NCBI RefSeq assembly: GCF_030144855.1
Contig: NC_082717.1
Coordinates: 88,846,001-88,910,000, forward strand
Length of the DNA: 64,000 nt
DNA from: Hypanus sabinus
Taxonomy: Eukaryota
Direction of reading: 5' to 3'
Shown here one piece after another: positions 35,321-48,949 of the stretch. Position 1 is the first letter of the stretch. Each line of letters starts with the position of its first letter. A program made the translations under genes and the position numbers. The notes beneath the pieces were generated by a model, which made no database searches, was not told the origin of the DNA, and worked only from the letters and a program-made list of their open reading frames with translations.

Positions 35321-36386
35321 TATGGCAACCATCTTCATGATCCACAACTCCACTAACCTTTGCTTCATCTGCAAACATACTGACCCACCCCTCCACTTCC
35401 TCATCCAAGCCATTTATAAAAAAACACAAGTCGCATGGGTCCCAGAGCAGATCCCTGCAAAACAGCACTGTTCACCGATCTCCAGGCAGAATACTCTCAA
35501 CACACCACCACCTTTTGCCTAAAGCTTGAACTATGAATAAAAGCTTATATTGAATGATATTGATAAGTAAATGAAATAATTTTTAAAGTAAATTTTGCGG
35601 CAGCTGATGTTTAGTATCGTGAAAAATAAATAATCAGAAAGACAGTTCAGGTCTATTTGGTTACCAGAGGAGTAAAATTCAAAAGATTTGATTATCTTTA
35701 TTTGCCTTGACTGCTTTTGCATCAATTCATTTGAATTAGGACTTTACATTATAAATTTTTAAACTTGCTTTATGAATTCTTTAATAACTTATTAATGTCA
35801 TTTTTGTTGAACTGTGTTCAATACATTCAGTTAAACGGATGAATTAGATGCAAGGAAGTCTAGTGAACAATTCCCAGTCTTCTCCAGCAGATGGCTTTCA
35901 TAGGCCTGCGTGAGGCCTCAAACTTACACCGAACAGGGCAGGAGGAGAGTGAGCAAGTGCTTCAAATCAATTTCATTCTGCACTCTTTTGGAATTTGTGC
36001 ATTTATTTTGGAATCGTTAACCTTACAAATTGATAGTCTCTCAGCATTAGCAAGGACAATGGATTTCAGAATCCATATGACTTCCTTTTCTAAAAACAGG
36101 GATTAAATGCTACAGTCTGAGCTCTTAGGTCAGGAAGAAAACTTTTCCCTTGTCAACATTTGCTTTTGTCTGGACAAACTAGAAGGAAGTGACAGAACAG
36201 CAAGAAGTCTTTCTTCATCGTTGCCTTTGCTGCAGCTGGGAAACCTCCCCTGGAACAGGTTCCTTTTGTTTTTTTCAATCCAACAAATATTTCTGACAAG
36301 ACTGGTAGTTTTAAGTTTATTTCCTGAGGGTGTGGATACTCTGTTAAAGTTTAACTTGTTGTTTCCAGGATCGTACTTGATGTTGA

Positions 36387-36926
<540 letters not shown>

Positions 36927-37599
36927 GAAGAAAGTTCAAACTTCACAGACTCGCCCAAACTCATTGCTTTCGGCTTGGCGGAATGGACATGGAACCAATT
37001 CAAATGAAGAGGAGCTGCTTTTAATGATGTAGCCAGGATGTGATAAGATGCTTCTGCCTTGTGCTGTTGACTTTATTAGCAGGAACTGCATTGATAGCCA
37101 AAGGTCCAGTGAAAGCTGACTTTATTACATTCTCAATATAAGCTATAGGAAGAAAATCTTTTACTAATACATTTCAGGAAAGTTGAAAGTTATAAAGTTC
37201 ATCAGAAGATTGGTAAAAAAAACCCAATCATTTACACTAAACAATTGTTTTTTCTTTGTGTTCCAACACTTAAGTACCACATAGCGTTTAGAATTTAATT
37301 TAGAAATTGTGTTATAATTACAATTCTAGAGGGTTTTTTTCAAGTTTTGACAACAGAGATTTGATGTTTTTATCTGATAATATAGCATTTGGAATACATG
37401 TTCTTATGATTTGGAAAAGTGAGAATTGACTGAGATGAATACTTCTGTTGTTGGAAACAGAACATTGTGGTAATTCTACTGTTCTGCTGTACTCCTGTTA
37501 CATCAAGTTTAAAATGTAACAATATATGACAAAAGTTATATTTATTTTAATAATTTTCTTCCAAATACGCTCTTGATGCATAAAATGTTGTGATTTCCC

Positions 37600-37605
37600 A
37601 ATAAA
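37600..37605 (+). terminator. candidate poly(A) signal of the ARF6-like gene
   Basis: First AATAAA I found downstream of the stop, after ~670 nt of repeat-free AU-rich sequence. Confidence 0.5.
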
Positions 37606-39961
37606 TCAGGAGATTGCATAATTAGAAACTGAGTTAGTATACTTCATTTCTGTAACCCTAGATTATTGCTGAGTTTCATGTATAATGCACCACTGGTTTT
37701 TCAGATGGTCCTGTAGAATGCACCTGCAACACATTTGCCAAGCCTGTGAGTGTAAATGTACACTTAAAAAGAAATCAGCAACGTGCTTGAGCCAGATCAC
37801 AAAGGAATTCTGTTGCAGTTCTTTTCAATTACATACTGTCAATTTGAAAATTTTGAGATTACCAGGAACTCCACAAAGGTGCCCTGAAAGTAACTTAATC
37901 AGTATTTGTGCAGTTAAAAACCAGTCTGCAGTGACAACAGAATGGAACACATTAAATTTCTAGAATTGTTTCAATGAAAAGTTCCTCGTTTCTCTCTCTG
38001 CAGAAGCTGCCTGATCTACTGGGGGTTTCTAGCACTTTTTTATGACAGATGTCCAAGTCTGCAGCTTTCTGAGTTTCACAAGGCTGTCATTTAAAGTATT
38101 GCATTATTTTGTTCAAAGTCTTATGTTTGACACATACACAGCTGGTCAATAGTTGCTTTGTTGTGTTCAAATCCTAAAGGGACTTTTCTATGGCTTATTA
38201 AACTCTATTTATTGGCTCAAAGGTACCATGGAAGTAGAGGGCTACTAAGTATTTCCCCTGTTTGTGTAAAGTTAGTAAAAATAGAAGCAGAAAATATTTT
38301 ACAGAATGGTATCAGCGAGGAGGTGTTGACTCAAGTGGGGAACTGAGAGGTTCACTTTAGAGCAGGGAAGGTTAAAAAGTTCTCTCTCCACGGAAGCTGC
38401 CTGATTTACTGAGTGATTCTAGTACTTTTTTTTAAATTACAGATTTCCAAGTCTACAGCCTTGTGATTTTCATTAGGCTGAGAGATGGCTTGACAGAAGT
38501 GGTCAAAATTATGAATGATTTAGAATGAGGAACAAGAAACTGTCTCATTGGTGGAGGAGTCCAGAACCAGAGAACATAACTTAAAAGTAATTAGAAGAAG
38601 GCAAGGGTGAAAGAAGGACATGTTTCACACCTCGAGTAGCCTGCACCTGGGGTCCCGTGGCTGAGAGTGGACAGAATGGAGTCAATTGTTGTTTTGAACA
38701 AGGAACTTGAGGGAGAAGGAGAATCACAGAGTTACAGTGAAAAGGCTGGGCAATGGGTGGGAGCAGAGATTTCTCTTCCAGAGACCTGGGATATTTCTGA
38801 TGAGGTGAACGGCCTCCTTTTTTGACTGTTATAAAAATTTACAACAGGTCTATGGATTGCCTCATTTGAGCATTAATTGACATAGTGCGGCACTCGTTCC
38901 CCATCCCGATGATATATATATAAAATAAATAAATAGTGCACAAAAGAGAGCAAAAAATACCGAGTTCTTAGGTACAAATCTCATGGCGGAGAGGAAGAAG
39001 CTGTTTCTAAAACACTGAGAGTGTGTCTTCAGACTCCTGTACCTCCTCCTTGATGGTAGCAATGAGAAGAGGGCATGTCCTGGGTGATGGTTGGGGGTGG
39101 GGGCCTTAATGTTAGATGCTGCCTTTTTGAGGCACCGCCTTTTGACGATGTCCTCGGGTTGTCACTCCAGGAAGGCATAAAGTTGAAGGTGGAGGATTGT
39201 GTAAGACAGGAAGGAGCAGAAGCCCAGCTTGTTCTGTTTCTCTAACCTGCTCTGTGACCACACATTGTTTTTGTTTGCACATGGAATTCTGTCAACTTTC
39301 ATTGTACGGCTTAGAAGATTCTAACTTGGATACCCTATGAAGAGTCTCGGCCCAAAACATCAACTATTTATTCCTCTCCACAGACGCTGCCTGACCTGCT
39401 TGAGTTCCTGCAACATTTGTGTGTTGCTCTGGAATTTCAGCATCTGCAGCACATCTTCTAAATTCTAATTTGTCCTCAGGAGACTTTATGAGATATAGCA
39501 TTTAAGGAAATTATGGATATTTTAATAAGTTCTGAATCTATTTATTGGAATAGACTAGGCAATGGACCATTGAGAACTGAAGTCAACTGTGGCCAGAACG
39601 AAATGATAAATGTCTGCCTTGTCGATTGGCTGAAGCCTTCCTTGGTGAGATGACTTTGGAGAAGACATCAGACTGTAAACTACAATGTGAACTTCAGAAA
39701 ACATCACATGCAGGTTAAAAGTTTATCTGAAAATGGGGGGTAAGTGGGGATGGGGAAACATGGAGGGTTAGAGTGGTGGAACAGAAGGGAGAAGAGAGAG
39801 GGGGAGGGATTTACGTGACATTGCGATATCTTGAAGAATGATTGACATTTGAGTTAAAATGCTCTAATGCACAGTACAGTATGACTACAAAACTCAGAAC
39901 AAAATCTATTTCATTGATATAACTAAATGAGTATTTCAATTATGTGTACTACTACGTTCCC

Positions 39962-40255
39962 AGTATTTGCCAGGGCTGAAATGGTTGCCACAAGAGGACA
40001 CAGGTTTAAGGTGCTTGGAGGTAGGTACAGAGGAGAGGTCAGGGGTAAGTTTTTTACACAGAGAATGGTGAGTGCATGGAATGGGCTGCCAGCAATGGTG
40101 GTAGAGGCGGATATGATAGGGTCTTTTAAAAAACTTTTAGATAGGTACATGGAGCTTAGAAAAATAGAGGGCTATGGGTAAGCCTAGTAATTTCTAAGGT
40201 AGGGACGTATTCGGCACAACTTTGTGGGCTGAAGGTTTTCTGTGTCCTATGTTTT
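39962..40255 (+). mobile_element. CR1 extreme 3' fragment
   Basis: TRGHRFKV…RGKFFTQRMVSAWNGLP…SFKKLLDRYM is the CR1 ORF2 terminus, followed by the tail. Confidence 0.85.
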
Positions 40256-42811
40256 CTAATGTTATACAGTCTACTTACAAATAAACAAATGAAGATTCTG
40301 TAGTGAAAAGATTGAAAAGGGCGTTTCCATTTTTAGGAACTCTGTCAGATTGATAACAGTCTCCGTGGAACAAAACACTAGTCAAGTGTTGGCACAATAA
40401 CAGCAGGAAAAGTACGTATTTTTACCAACCCCATGTCTGCATTCAGAATCAGTCCTCACAGTAATTCCAGTGTACTAATATTGAAGATAAATATCTTAAC
40501 AGATGATTGAATTTCCTTTGTGTGTGCGGTAATGGAAATGTTTAACCTCGTCTAAAGAAATGAAGCTTTATCATAACTTTGGCATTTACCCACTGATTTA
40601 TTTTCATAGTTTTCTACTGCTGAAGCCCATCCACTTCAAAGTTTTATGGTTACTTGAAATCCATAGTTACTTGAGATGTTTTCTGCCTTACTGTAAGCTT
40701 GAAGTAGTCTGGCTATTTTCTTCTGACTTCTCTCATTAATAAGGCACTTTCACCCACAGAATTGCCATTCACTGGATGTTCTTTGTTTTTTGCACTATTC
40801 TCTGTAAGGTATAGAGACTGTTATGTGTGAAAATCCCAGATCAGCAGTTTCTGAGATACTCAAACCACCCCATGTGGCACCAACAATCATTCCACAGCCA
40901 AAGTCATCCCCATTCCAATATTAGGTCTGAACAACAACTGAACCTCTTGACCATGTCTGCATGCTTTTATGCATTGAGTTACTGCCACTTGATTAAATAG
41001 TTGCATTAATTAGCAGGTATACAATATACCTACTAAAGTGGCCACCAATTTTACTTCCATTACCTACAGCTCCGTTTTAAAAGAAATATGGCAAGTGGTT
41101 ACACGTGAATGAAGTGACTATATTAGGGTGAGGATCGGCTCATTGGTACCTTTACCATGAATTGGCAAGCAGGGGTCCCTTCTGGAGGCCAAAGCTCAGA
41201 GAGTAGGGGCAGATACTAAATCTCGCAGCAAGCTTATAGCTAACCCTCTAAAGGGTCACAGAACATGATAAGAATGTAGCAAACACAGCAAAAAATTAAA
41301 TAATCACAGGACAGCAACTTAACAGCAGGAAATGACCCGCTTATTCCCAAGACGACAGATACCATTCAGGATGTACTGGCTACAGGCAAACAACAAAAAC
41401 GATCACATAACTGAGCAGATTCAGGGAGTCTGTGAGCGAGACCAAAATCAGTGCTTTTTTGACCCCCTTCTGGGATTTTCTCTATGGATTCACTTGTTGT
41501 CTTTCAAATCTTAAATGCAAAGCAATTCTCTTTCTCTCTCAGCATAAATTAAATGATGCAAGGTATTTCTGAGTGAGATGAAACTGGACAATATTTATAT
41601 TTTAGCAAATCTAGTGATTCCTCCAAATATGAAACTTTAAGTTTACTAAGTTCTTGTGAACTGTGGAGTTAAAAAAAAACACATTTGAACCCTCATATTA
41701 CATTCAGCGGCCAGCAGTGAAACCTTTCCCAGGGCGTTACACTACTAATACAGCAACGTTTCTGCGTTACATCCAACGCCGCACTCTCTTGCAATTTTCC
41801 TTTTGGGTTAGATCTGAGTTCAACACATTCAACTTACCATAACACCAGGAGAACTTAAGCGACTGCATCCTGTAGAGTCTATATCGCTTCCACAGAAGTG
41901 TCCATGTGCAAACACAAAAGGCAATACAATCAAACAATTTCTTGTTGTTACATTGCGCTGCACCTCCTTTTGTTTCTTCTTATTTCATAAGTTTAAGTCT
42001 AATCTCCAGTGAAGGTCAGACATTGATTCTGCACCGTACATCAGCTGAAAGGAAAGTTCGGAAAGATTAGTTTTATATCATGGTAGAAAACACAGTTACA
42101 GGAAACATACAAGATATTTAGACAAGTATACACAACATTGCTTATCATGTAGATCAGTGGTTCCCAAAGTGGGCAATATCACCCTCTGAGGTGGTGGGAG
42201 TTTCTGAGAGGGTGTGGGGGGGGGGGGTCGCTCCGTAGCAAGTGAGGCAGCTGAGGGATTGCAGGTTTAATCTAAGAAATGAATTACTTATTATAAACGC
42301 TTGATCTTCAATCGTTCTATTCCTGACCACCTGTAATGAGGAATTAACAGGAAGGAAGGAGGAAGAGCTGATCTCGCTACAAAATAACGTTGAGCTGAAG
42401 CCCAGGTTCAAAACAGTCACATCAAGACTTTTGGTCGCAGGAAGAATTCTCTGAGCAGTATCCTGCACTGTGGAAAAAGGTCAAGGCAGTCTTTACAGAC
42501 GTTCCAAAATCATATTTAGTGGAGTGACCGTGGAGATCTGAGACTCCACACTGACCGTTGAGAAGCTGATCTCATGACATCAAACCCACCCATCTCAGTG
42601 AAAGGTGAAAAAGCAATGGAACAGTGAACAGTTGGGCTGCTAATGTACACTCGAAAAACGTTGACAAAGATTGTTTTTTACTGTAATTAAACAATTTTAT
42701 TCCTCTCCAGCCCTTTACCTTTCCTACCCACCTGGCTTCACCTATCACCTTCTATCTATCCTCCTTCCCCTTCCCCCACCTTTTTATTCTAGCATCTTCC
42801 CCCTGCCTTTC

Positions 42812-42849
42812 CAGTCCTGAAGAAGGGTCTCGGCCCGAAACATCGACTG
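42812..42849 (+). ncRNA. minimal type-I hammerhead ribozyme motif in a Penelope terminal fragment (~42690-42945)
   Basis: CAGTC-CTGAAGA-A-GGGT(CTCG)GCCC-GAAA-CATC-GACTG: stem I CAGTC/GACTG, CUGANGA and GAAA cores, 4-bp stem II, near-absent stem III. Confidence 0.7.
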
Positions 42850-43379
42850 TTTATTCATTTCCGGAGACGCAGCCTCACCTGCTGAGTTCCTCCACCATTT
42901 TCTGTGCACTACTTTGATTCCGGCATCTGCTGACTTTCTCATGTTAGCAACTTTATTTGTTGCTTTAAATAGATTTGAATAATCTTTTTCTCAATCATTT
43001 TTCACTGCTTTGAATTTGCAGTTCCTTCTTTCTTTCACTAAATCCAAATTCTTTATAGTTTTTATGTAATGGCCGGAAAGGGAGAGGGGGGCGCTGGGGG
43101 CCCAGTTTGGGAACCTCTGATGTAGATAATATCCATGGTTTGAATTCTTGTTCAATTGTACTTCATTCAGGACCATCGCAGAATTTGAACGCAGGGTATT
43201 TTCACATTACACTGTTGGTTTCAGTGAAGCAGATCCCCTCTTCAGCCAGGTTTAATCTCCCACTCTCCATCAGTCATGGGCAGAAACAGACGTGCTCACC
43301 AAGCGGTTACTCATATTTTGTGTTAAAAAAAATTGGCTTCTGGTTCAGCTGCAACTAAATACAAGGAAATCTTGTGTTT

Positions 43380-44705
43380 GTTATTAACATCTGTGGCAAT
43401 GAATTCCACAGATTCACCACCCTCCTCTGCCTAATGAAATTCCTCCTCATCTCTGCTCTCAAGGGACATGTTTGTATTCTGAGGCTATGCCCACTGTTCC
43501 TCGACTCTCCCACCATTGGAAACATCCTCTCCACGTCCACTCTATCCAAACCTTTCAATATTTGATGTATTTCAATGCGATTCCCTCTCGTTCTTATAAA
43601 CTCCAGAGTCATTAGTCACTCCTCATACATGAACCCTTTCATTCCCAGGATCATTCATGGAAACTTCCTCTGGACCCTCTCCAATGCCAGCACATAAGGA
43701 GCACAAAACTGCTCACAGTACTCCAAGTGCAGTCTGACCAAAGCCTCCGCATTACATTCTTGCTTCCATATTCTAGTCCTCTTGTAATGAATACTAACAT
43801 TGCATTTGCCTTTATTAATACTGATCCGTCTTACAAGTTAGCCCTTATGGAATCCTGCACTAGGACTCCTAAGTCCTTTTGCATCTCTGATTTCTGAATT
43901 TTCTCCCCGATTAGAAAGCAGATTATGCCTTTATCCCTTCTACAGAAATGCATACGTGTGCCTACTTTGTATTCCATTTGGCAATTCTTTGCCGATTCTG
44001 CCAACCTATCAGATTCAGATTCAGTTTATTGTCATTTAGAAACTACAAATGCAATGCAGTTAAAAAATGAGACAACGTTCCTCCAGAATGATATCACAAA
44101 AGCATATGACAAAAGCATATTAATACACGAGAAAATCCATGTAATGTTTGGCAATCCCCAGTCCAGAGTCCAGAGAGGCTGCTGCATATTAATATCGTGC
44201 TAGCGCGTTCCCTGGAAAGGAGCTCCAAATCTACTAGACAAAAACAGGACCAAAAACTAAAACTACAAGACCTGCACAAAACCACATAATTACAACATAT
44301 AGTTACAACAGTGCAAACAATAGCATATTCGATTAAAAAATCAGACTATGGGCACAGTAAAAATAGTCCCAAGATGTTAAAGGACTGTAAGTTCAAAAGA
44401 AATCACCACACAGTTTCCACGAGTCCCCAGGGTCCCGACAGACTTGCCATCCCACGCCGGTGGCAGAAGGGAATACCCCCGCTATGGACTTCCAAGGCGC
44501 TGCCCGATTCAGCACACAATGGAAGCTCCGTCGAAACCAGCCTCGCAGACGCAGCACACACTGAAAGCGACCTGAGTCCGTCGAACCTCCGAGCCGACGA
44601 CCATCCCCTCCGACACAGCTTCTCTGAGCTCCATCCTCTGCCGAGCGTATCCAAATCTTTCTGAAGACTCTCTACTTCCTCAACAATACCTGTCCCACCA
44701 ACCAT
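43380..44705 (-). mobile_element. CR1 fragment with a nested LINE/SINE-tailed insert (~44011-44650)
   Basis: TRGNRIEIHQILKGLDRVDVERMFP…NLWNSLP on the minus strand. The insert starts with an (attcag)n tail. Confidence 0.72.
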
Positions 44706-44789
44706 CAGGTTTTCCTCCAACATGCCAAGAATGTGCAGATTGGTAGATTCGTTGGCCAGTGTACATTACAGATGAGGGCAGAATCTGAG

Positions 44790-46083
44790 GAGAGTTGATG
44801 GGAGTACGGGCAGAATGAAAATTGGGATTAGTGTAGGTTTAGTTTTAACTGAGTGGTTGATGGGAGTACGGGCAGAATGAAAATTGAGATTAGTGTAGGT
44901 TTAGCGTAACTGAGAGGTTGATGGGCGTACAGGGAGAATGAAAATTGGGATTAGTGTAGGTTTAGTGTAAATGAGTAGTTGATGGGAGTACGGGCAGAAT
45001 GAAAATTGGGATTAGTGTAGGTTTAGTGTAACTGAGAGGTTGATGGGCGTACGGGCAGAATGAAAATTGGGATTAGTGTAGGTTTAGTGTAACTGAGAGG
45101 TTGATGGGCGTACGGGGAGAATGAAAATTGGGATTAATGTAGGTTTAGTGTAACTGAGTGGTTGATGGGAGTACGGGCAGAATGAAAATTGGGATTAGTG
45201 TAGGTTTAGTGTAACTGAGTGGTTGATGGGAGTACGGGGAGAATGAAAATTGGGATTAGTGTAGGTTTAGTGTAACTGAGTAGTTGATGGGAGTACAGGG
45301 AGAATGAAAATTGGGATTAGTGTAGGTTTAGTGTAACTGAGTGGTTGATGGGAGTACGGGGAGAATGAAAATTGGGATTAGTGTAGGTTTAGTGTAACTG
45401 AGTGGTTGATGGGAGTACGGGGAGAATGAAAATTGGGATTAGTGTAGGTTTAGTGTAACTGAGTGGTTGATGGGCGTACGGGGAGAATGAAAATTGGGAT
45501 TAGTGTAGGTTTAGTGTAACTGAGTGGTTGATGGGAGTACGGGGAGAATGAAAATTGGGATTAGTGTAGGTTTAGTGTAACTGAGAGGTTGATGGGCGTA
45601 CGGGGAGAATGAAAATTGGGATTAGTGTAGATTTAGTGTAACTGAGTGGTTGATGGGAGTACGGGGAGAATGAAAATTGGGATTAGTGTAGGTTTAGTGT
45701 AACTGAGAGGTTGATGGGCGTACGGGCAGAATGAAAATTGGGATTAGTGTAGGTTTAGTGTAACTGAGTGGTTGATGGGAGTACGGGGAGAATGAAAATT
45801 GGGATTAGTATAGGTTTAGTGTAACTGAGTGGTTGATGGGAGTACGGGGAGAATGAAAATTGGGATTAGTGTAGGTTTAGTGTAACTGAGTGGTTGATGG
45901 GAGTACGGGCAGAATGAAAATTGGGATTAGTGTAGGTTTAGTGTAACTGAGTGGTTGATGGGAGTACGGGCAGAATGAAAATTGGGATTAGTGTAGGTTT
46001 AGTGTAACTGAGTGGTTGATGGGAGTACGGGGAGAATGAAAATTGGGATTAGTGTAGGTTTAGTGTAACTGAGAGGTTGATGG
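44790..46083. repeat. 61-bp minisatellite, ~21 copies, inside a SINE
   Basis: Unit gagtggttgatgggagtacggggagaatgaaaattgggattagtgtaggtttagtgtaact repeats every 61 bp from 44790 to 46070, plus a partial unit. Confidence 0.97.
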
Positions 46084-47274
46084 TTAACGTGGTCTCCAAA
46101 GGGGACTATGTAAACTCCTCACAGGAGCGCCCGGGCCCACGTTGCTGGGGTTGTAAAACAGCACTCCCACTCACCATGTCACTGTGTAAACAAGAACTCT
46201 GAGAGACTGGAAATCTAAAATAATAGGGCCAACTGAATTTTTAAATTATTTAGTTAAGGAAATCTAGTTTAGTAGAAGGAAAACTCCTTATCTCAAGCTG
46301 CTGACCTATTCATCTTCAAAGGTCAAAGGGAATATTGAGGTAATTTCAGCTGGATGGGGGCCGAGAAGACCTGCATTTGGCACAACAAAAAGTTAGTGAA
46401 TTGAATGAGAACCGGAAACAACAAATCTGTTATCTCCCGTTCCTCTTTGAGGCAGCAACACTCGAGCAATACAGTTATCTGTGTGCAGGACTTTTGAAAT
46501 AATATCAGCACAAGAAAATTCAGCAAGACAATTAACAATTCAAGCATTAACAATGAAGAAAACCTTTTTCAAGAAGGTGAGAATAAATTGTTATCAAGAC
46601 AGCTCGTATATTGTGCACTCTTAAGACTTGCTGAATGCCGAGGTCACATTTTTACAACATGCAGAGAGATGATAGGAGGAGTGGTTGACTGTTGACTTGG
46701 AGGACCATTTTGTTTGTGCATCACTGCAAAGTATGAATCATTACACTCACGCGTTTGTTCAGTGTCAAGAGCTTTTCTTCACTAATGAAGTCTTGGCTGC
46801 TGTCAAGAGGAGAAAGAGGAGCAGAGGCACGGCCACAGTAACCTTGGACCTTGTGCCTCTCCTCGTGTTAGCCGTCATCCACGGAGTCAAACAGCACCGA
46901 ACACCTTGGCCTGCCATGTCTATGCTCACCACCAATTCCTACCCTATATCCACTCAGTCAAGCCTTGGAATTCCAATCAACTATTCAGAGCAAACTAACG
47001 CATAACTATCATCCATCAGTGTTTATTTTTGATTAACATTTCAAAACCTCTTGTTAATTCAGATGAAGAGTTCCACAATCTACCTACCACCTACTCTATC
47101 ACAGCTCCCATCGACAAACGCCCATACTCTAAATAATTATGGAATGGAGATATCTTTATCAAGTTAGATTTTGTATACTACAGGGAATTACTTCAGATTC
47201 CCATGTATCAACTGAAACCTTTTACATTAAAGACCAATGTACCACTTACTTTCTTAATTGCCAACTGCATTCTA

Positions 47275-48040
47275 TAAATGACTTGGATGAGGAAGTGGAG
47301 GGATGGGTTAGTAAATTTGCTGATGACACAAAGGTTGGGGGTGTTGTGGATAGCGTGGAGTTCTGTCAGAGGTTACAGCGGGACATCGACAGATGGAGTA
47401 AAACCCAGATAAGCGTAAGGTGATTCATTTGGTAGGTCAATTATAATAGAATATAGTATTAATGGTAAGACTCTTGGCAGTGTGGAGGATCAGAGGGATC
47501 TTGGGGTCCAAGTCCATAGGACGCTCAAAGCTGCACAGGTTGACTCTGTGGTTAAGAAAGCATACGGTGTATTAGCCTTCATCAACCATGGGATTGAGTT
47601 CTGGAGCTGAGAGGTAATGTTACAGCTATATAGGACCCTGGTCAGATCCCACTTAGAGAACTGCGCTCATTTCTGGTCACCTCACTACAGGAAGGATGGG
47701 GAAACCATAGAAAGGGTGCAGAAGAGATTTACAAGGATGTTGCCTGGATTGGGGAGCATTCCTTATGAGAATAGGTTGAGTGAATTTGGTCTTTTCTCCG
47801 GACAGAGCAACAGAGGATGAGACCTGACAGAGTTGTACAAGATGATGAGAGGCATTGATCGTGTGGATAGTCAGAGGCTTTTTCCCGGGGCTGAAATGGC
47901 AAACATGAGAGGGCATAGTTTTAAGGTGTTAGAGGGCTATGGGTAAACCTAGGTAATTTCTGAATTAAGTACAGGTTTGGCACAGCATTGTGGGCCGAAG
48001 GACCTGTATTGTGCTGTTGGTTTTCTATGTTTCTACGTTT
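47275..48040 (+). mobile_element. CR1 3' fragment
   Basis: INDLDEEVEGWVSKFADDTKVGG and MLQLYRTLVRSHLENCAHFWSP. Confidence 0.88.
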
Positions 48041-48949
48041 TAGTTTCATAGATTTCAGTGACTGGAGAATAAGAACAAATAGAAACTCACTTGAGCATCA
48101 ACACTTCCCAATCTCCCCATAAATAAGAGGCATTTAATACACAAAAGATGCTGAAAAAAAGAGTAACACCCTGACAAAATGCTAGGGAAACTCAACAGGT
48201 CAGGCAGCGTCCAGAGAGGAATAAATAGTTGATGTTTTGGCCAGAGACCATTCTTCACAACTCAGGAGGATAATCCCAACGCGAAGAACCCAAAACTGCT
48301 CCTCCTTTCCACTGCTGACCCCTCAATAAGGCAGTTGTTTTCCTGACCTCCTCTTCCTGAAGTCCACAATCAATTCTTTGATAATGGAATAGGATTGTTC
48401 TGTGAGCTAGCATATAGCTCGTGGGCTGAATGACTTCTTTCAACCCGTGTGGAAGTCTGGGCTGAAAATGAAGCAGATACTTGTAATGAATGTAACTGCC
48501 CATACAGTTACAATGCAGTAGAATGGAAACACAAGAGACTGGAACCAGGAACAACACACAAAGCGCTGGAGGGACTCAGCGGGGCAGGCAGCATCTAGAG
48601 AGGGAAATGGACAATGGGGTCGAGATATAGGGTGTCGATTCAAAACGTCGACTGACATTTTCCTCCACGGATGTTGCCCGACTCGCTCAGTTCCTGCAGC
48701 TCTTTATGTGTAACAATCCAGTAGAAACCGACTGCAAAGCTACCATTCTTATTCACCCCTTCGGCAAACTAGGAGGAAAATAAGGAATCGTGGTTTGTCA
48801 GCCCCTGTGTTCGGCATATGTGAGCTTCTATGTTCAGTGTATCTTTCAAGTCTGAAATCCAACTCCAGGCCGAGTTTACTGATATGGGCGCCGAGTCATT
48901 GAATCCCCGCATTGACCCAATCTGGAGTCAAGCTTCACATTCCACCAGA

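Noticed and set aside
37975-38480. Two similar ~100-bp blocks downstream of the ARF6-like gene as a regulatory duplication
   Set aside because: Both resemble the abundant Penelope terminal sequence; nothing indicates function.
44790-46083. CRISPR-like regular array
   Set aside because: Units are contiguous near-identical repeats with no unique spacers, no cas genes, and a vertebrate context. The same applies to the 44-bp array at 24671-25090.
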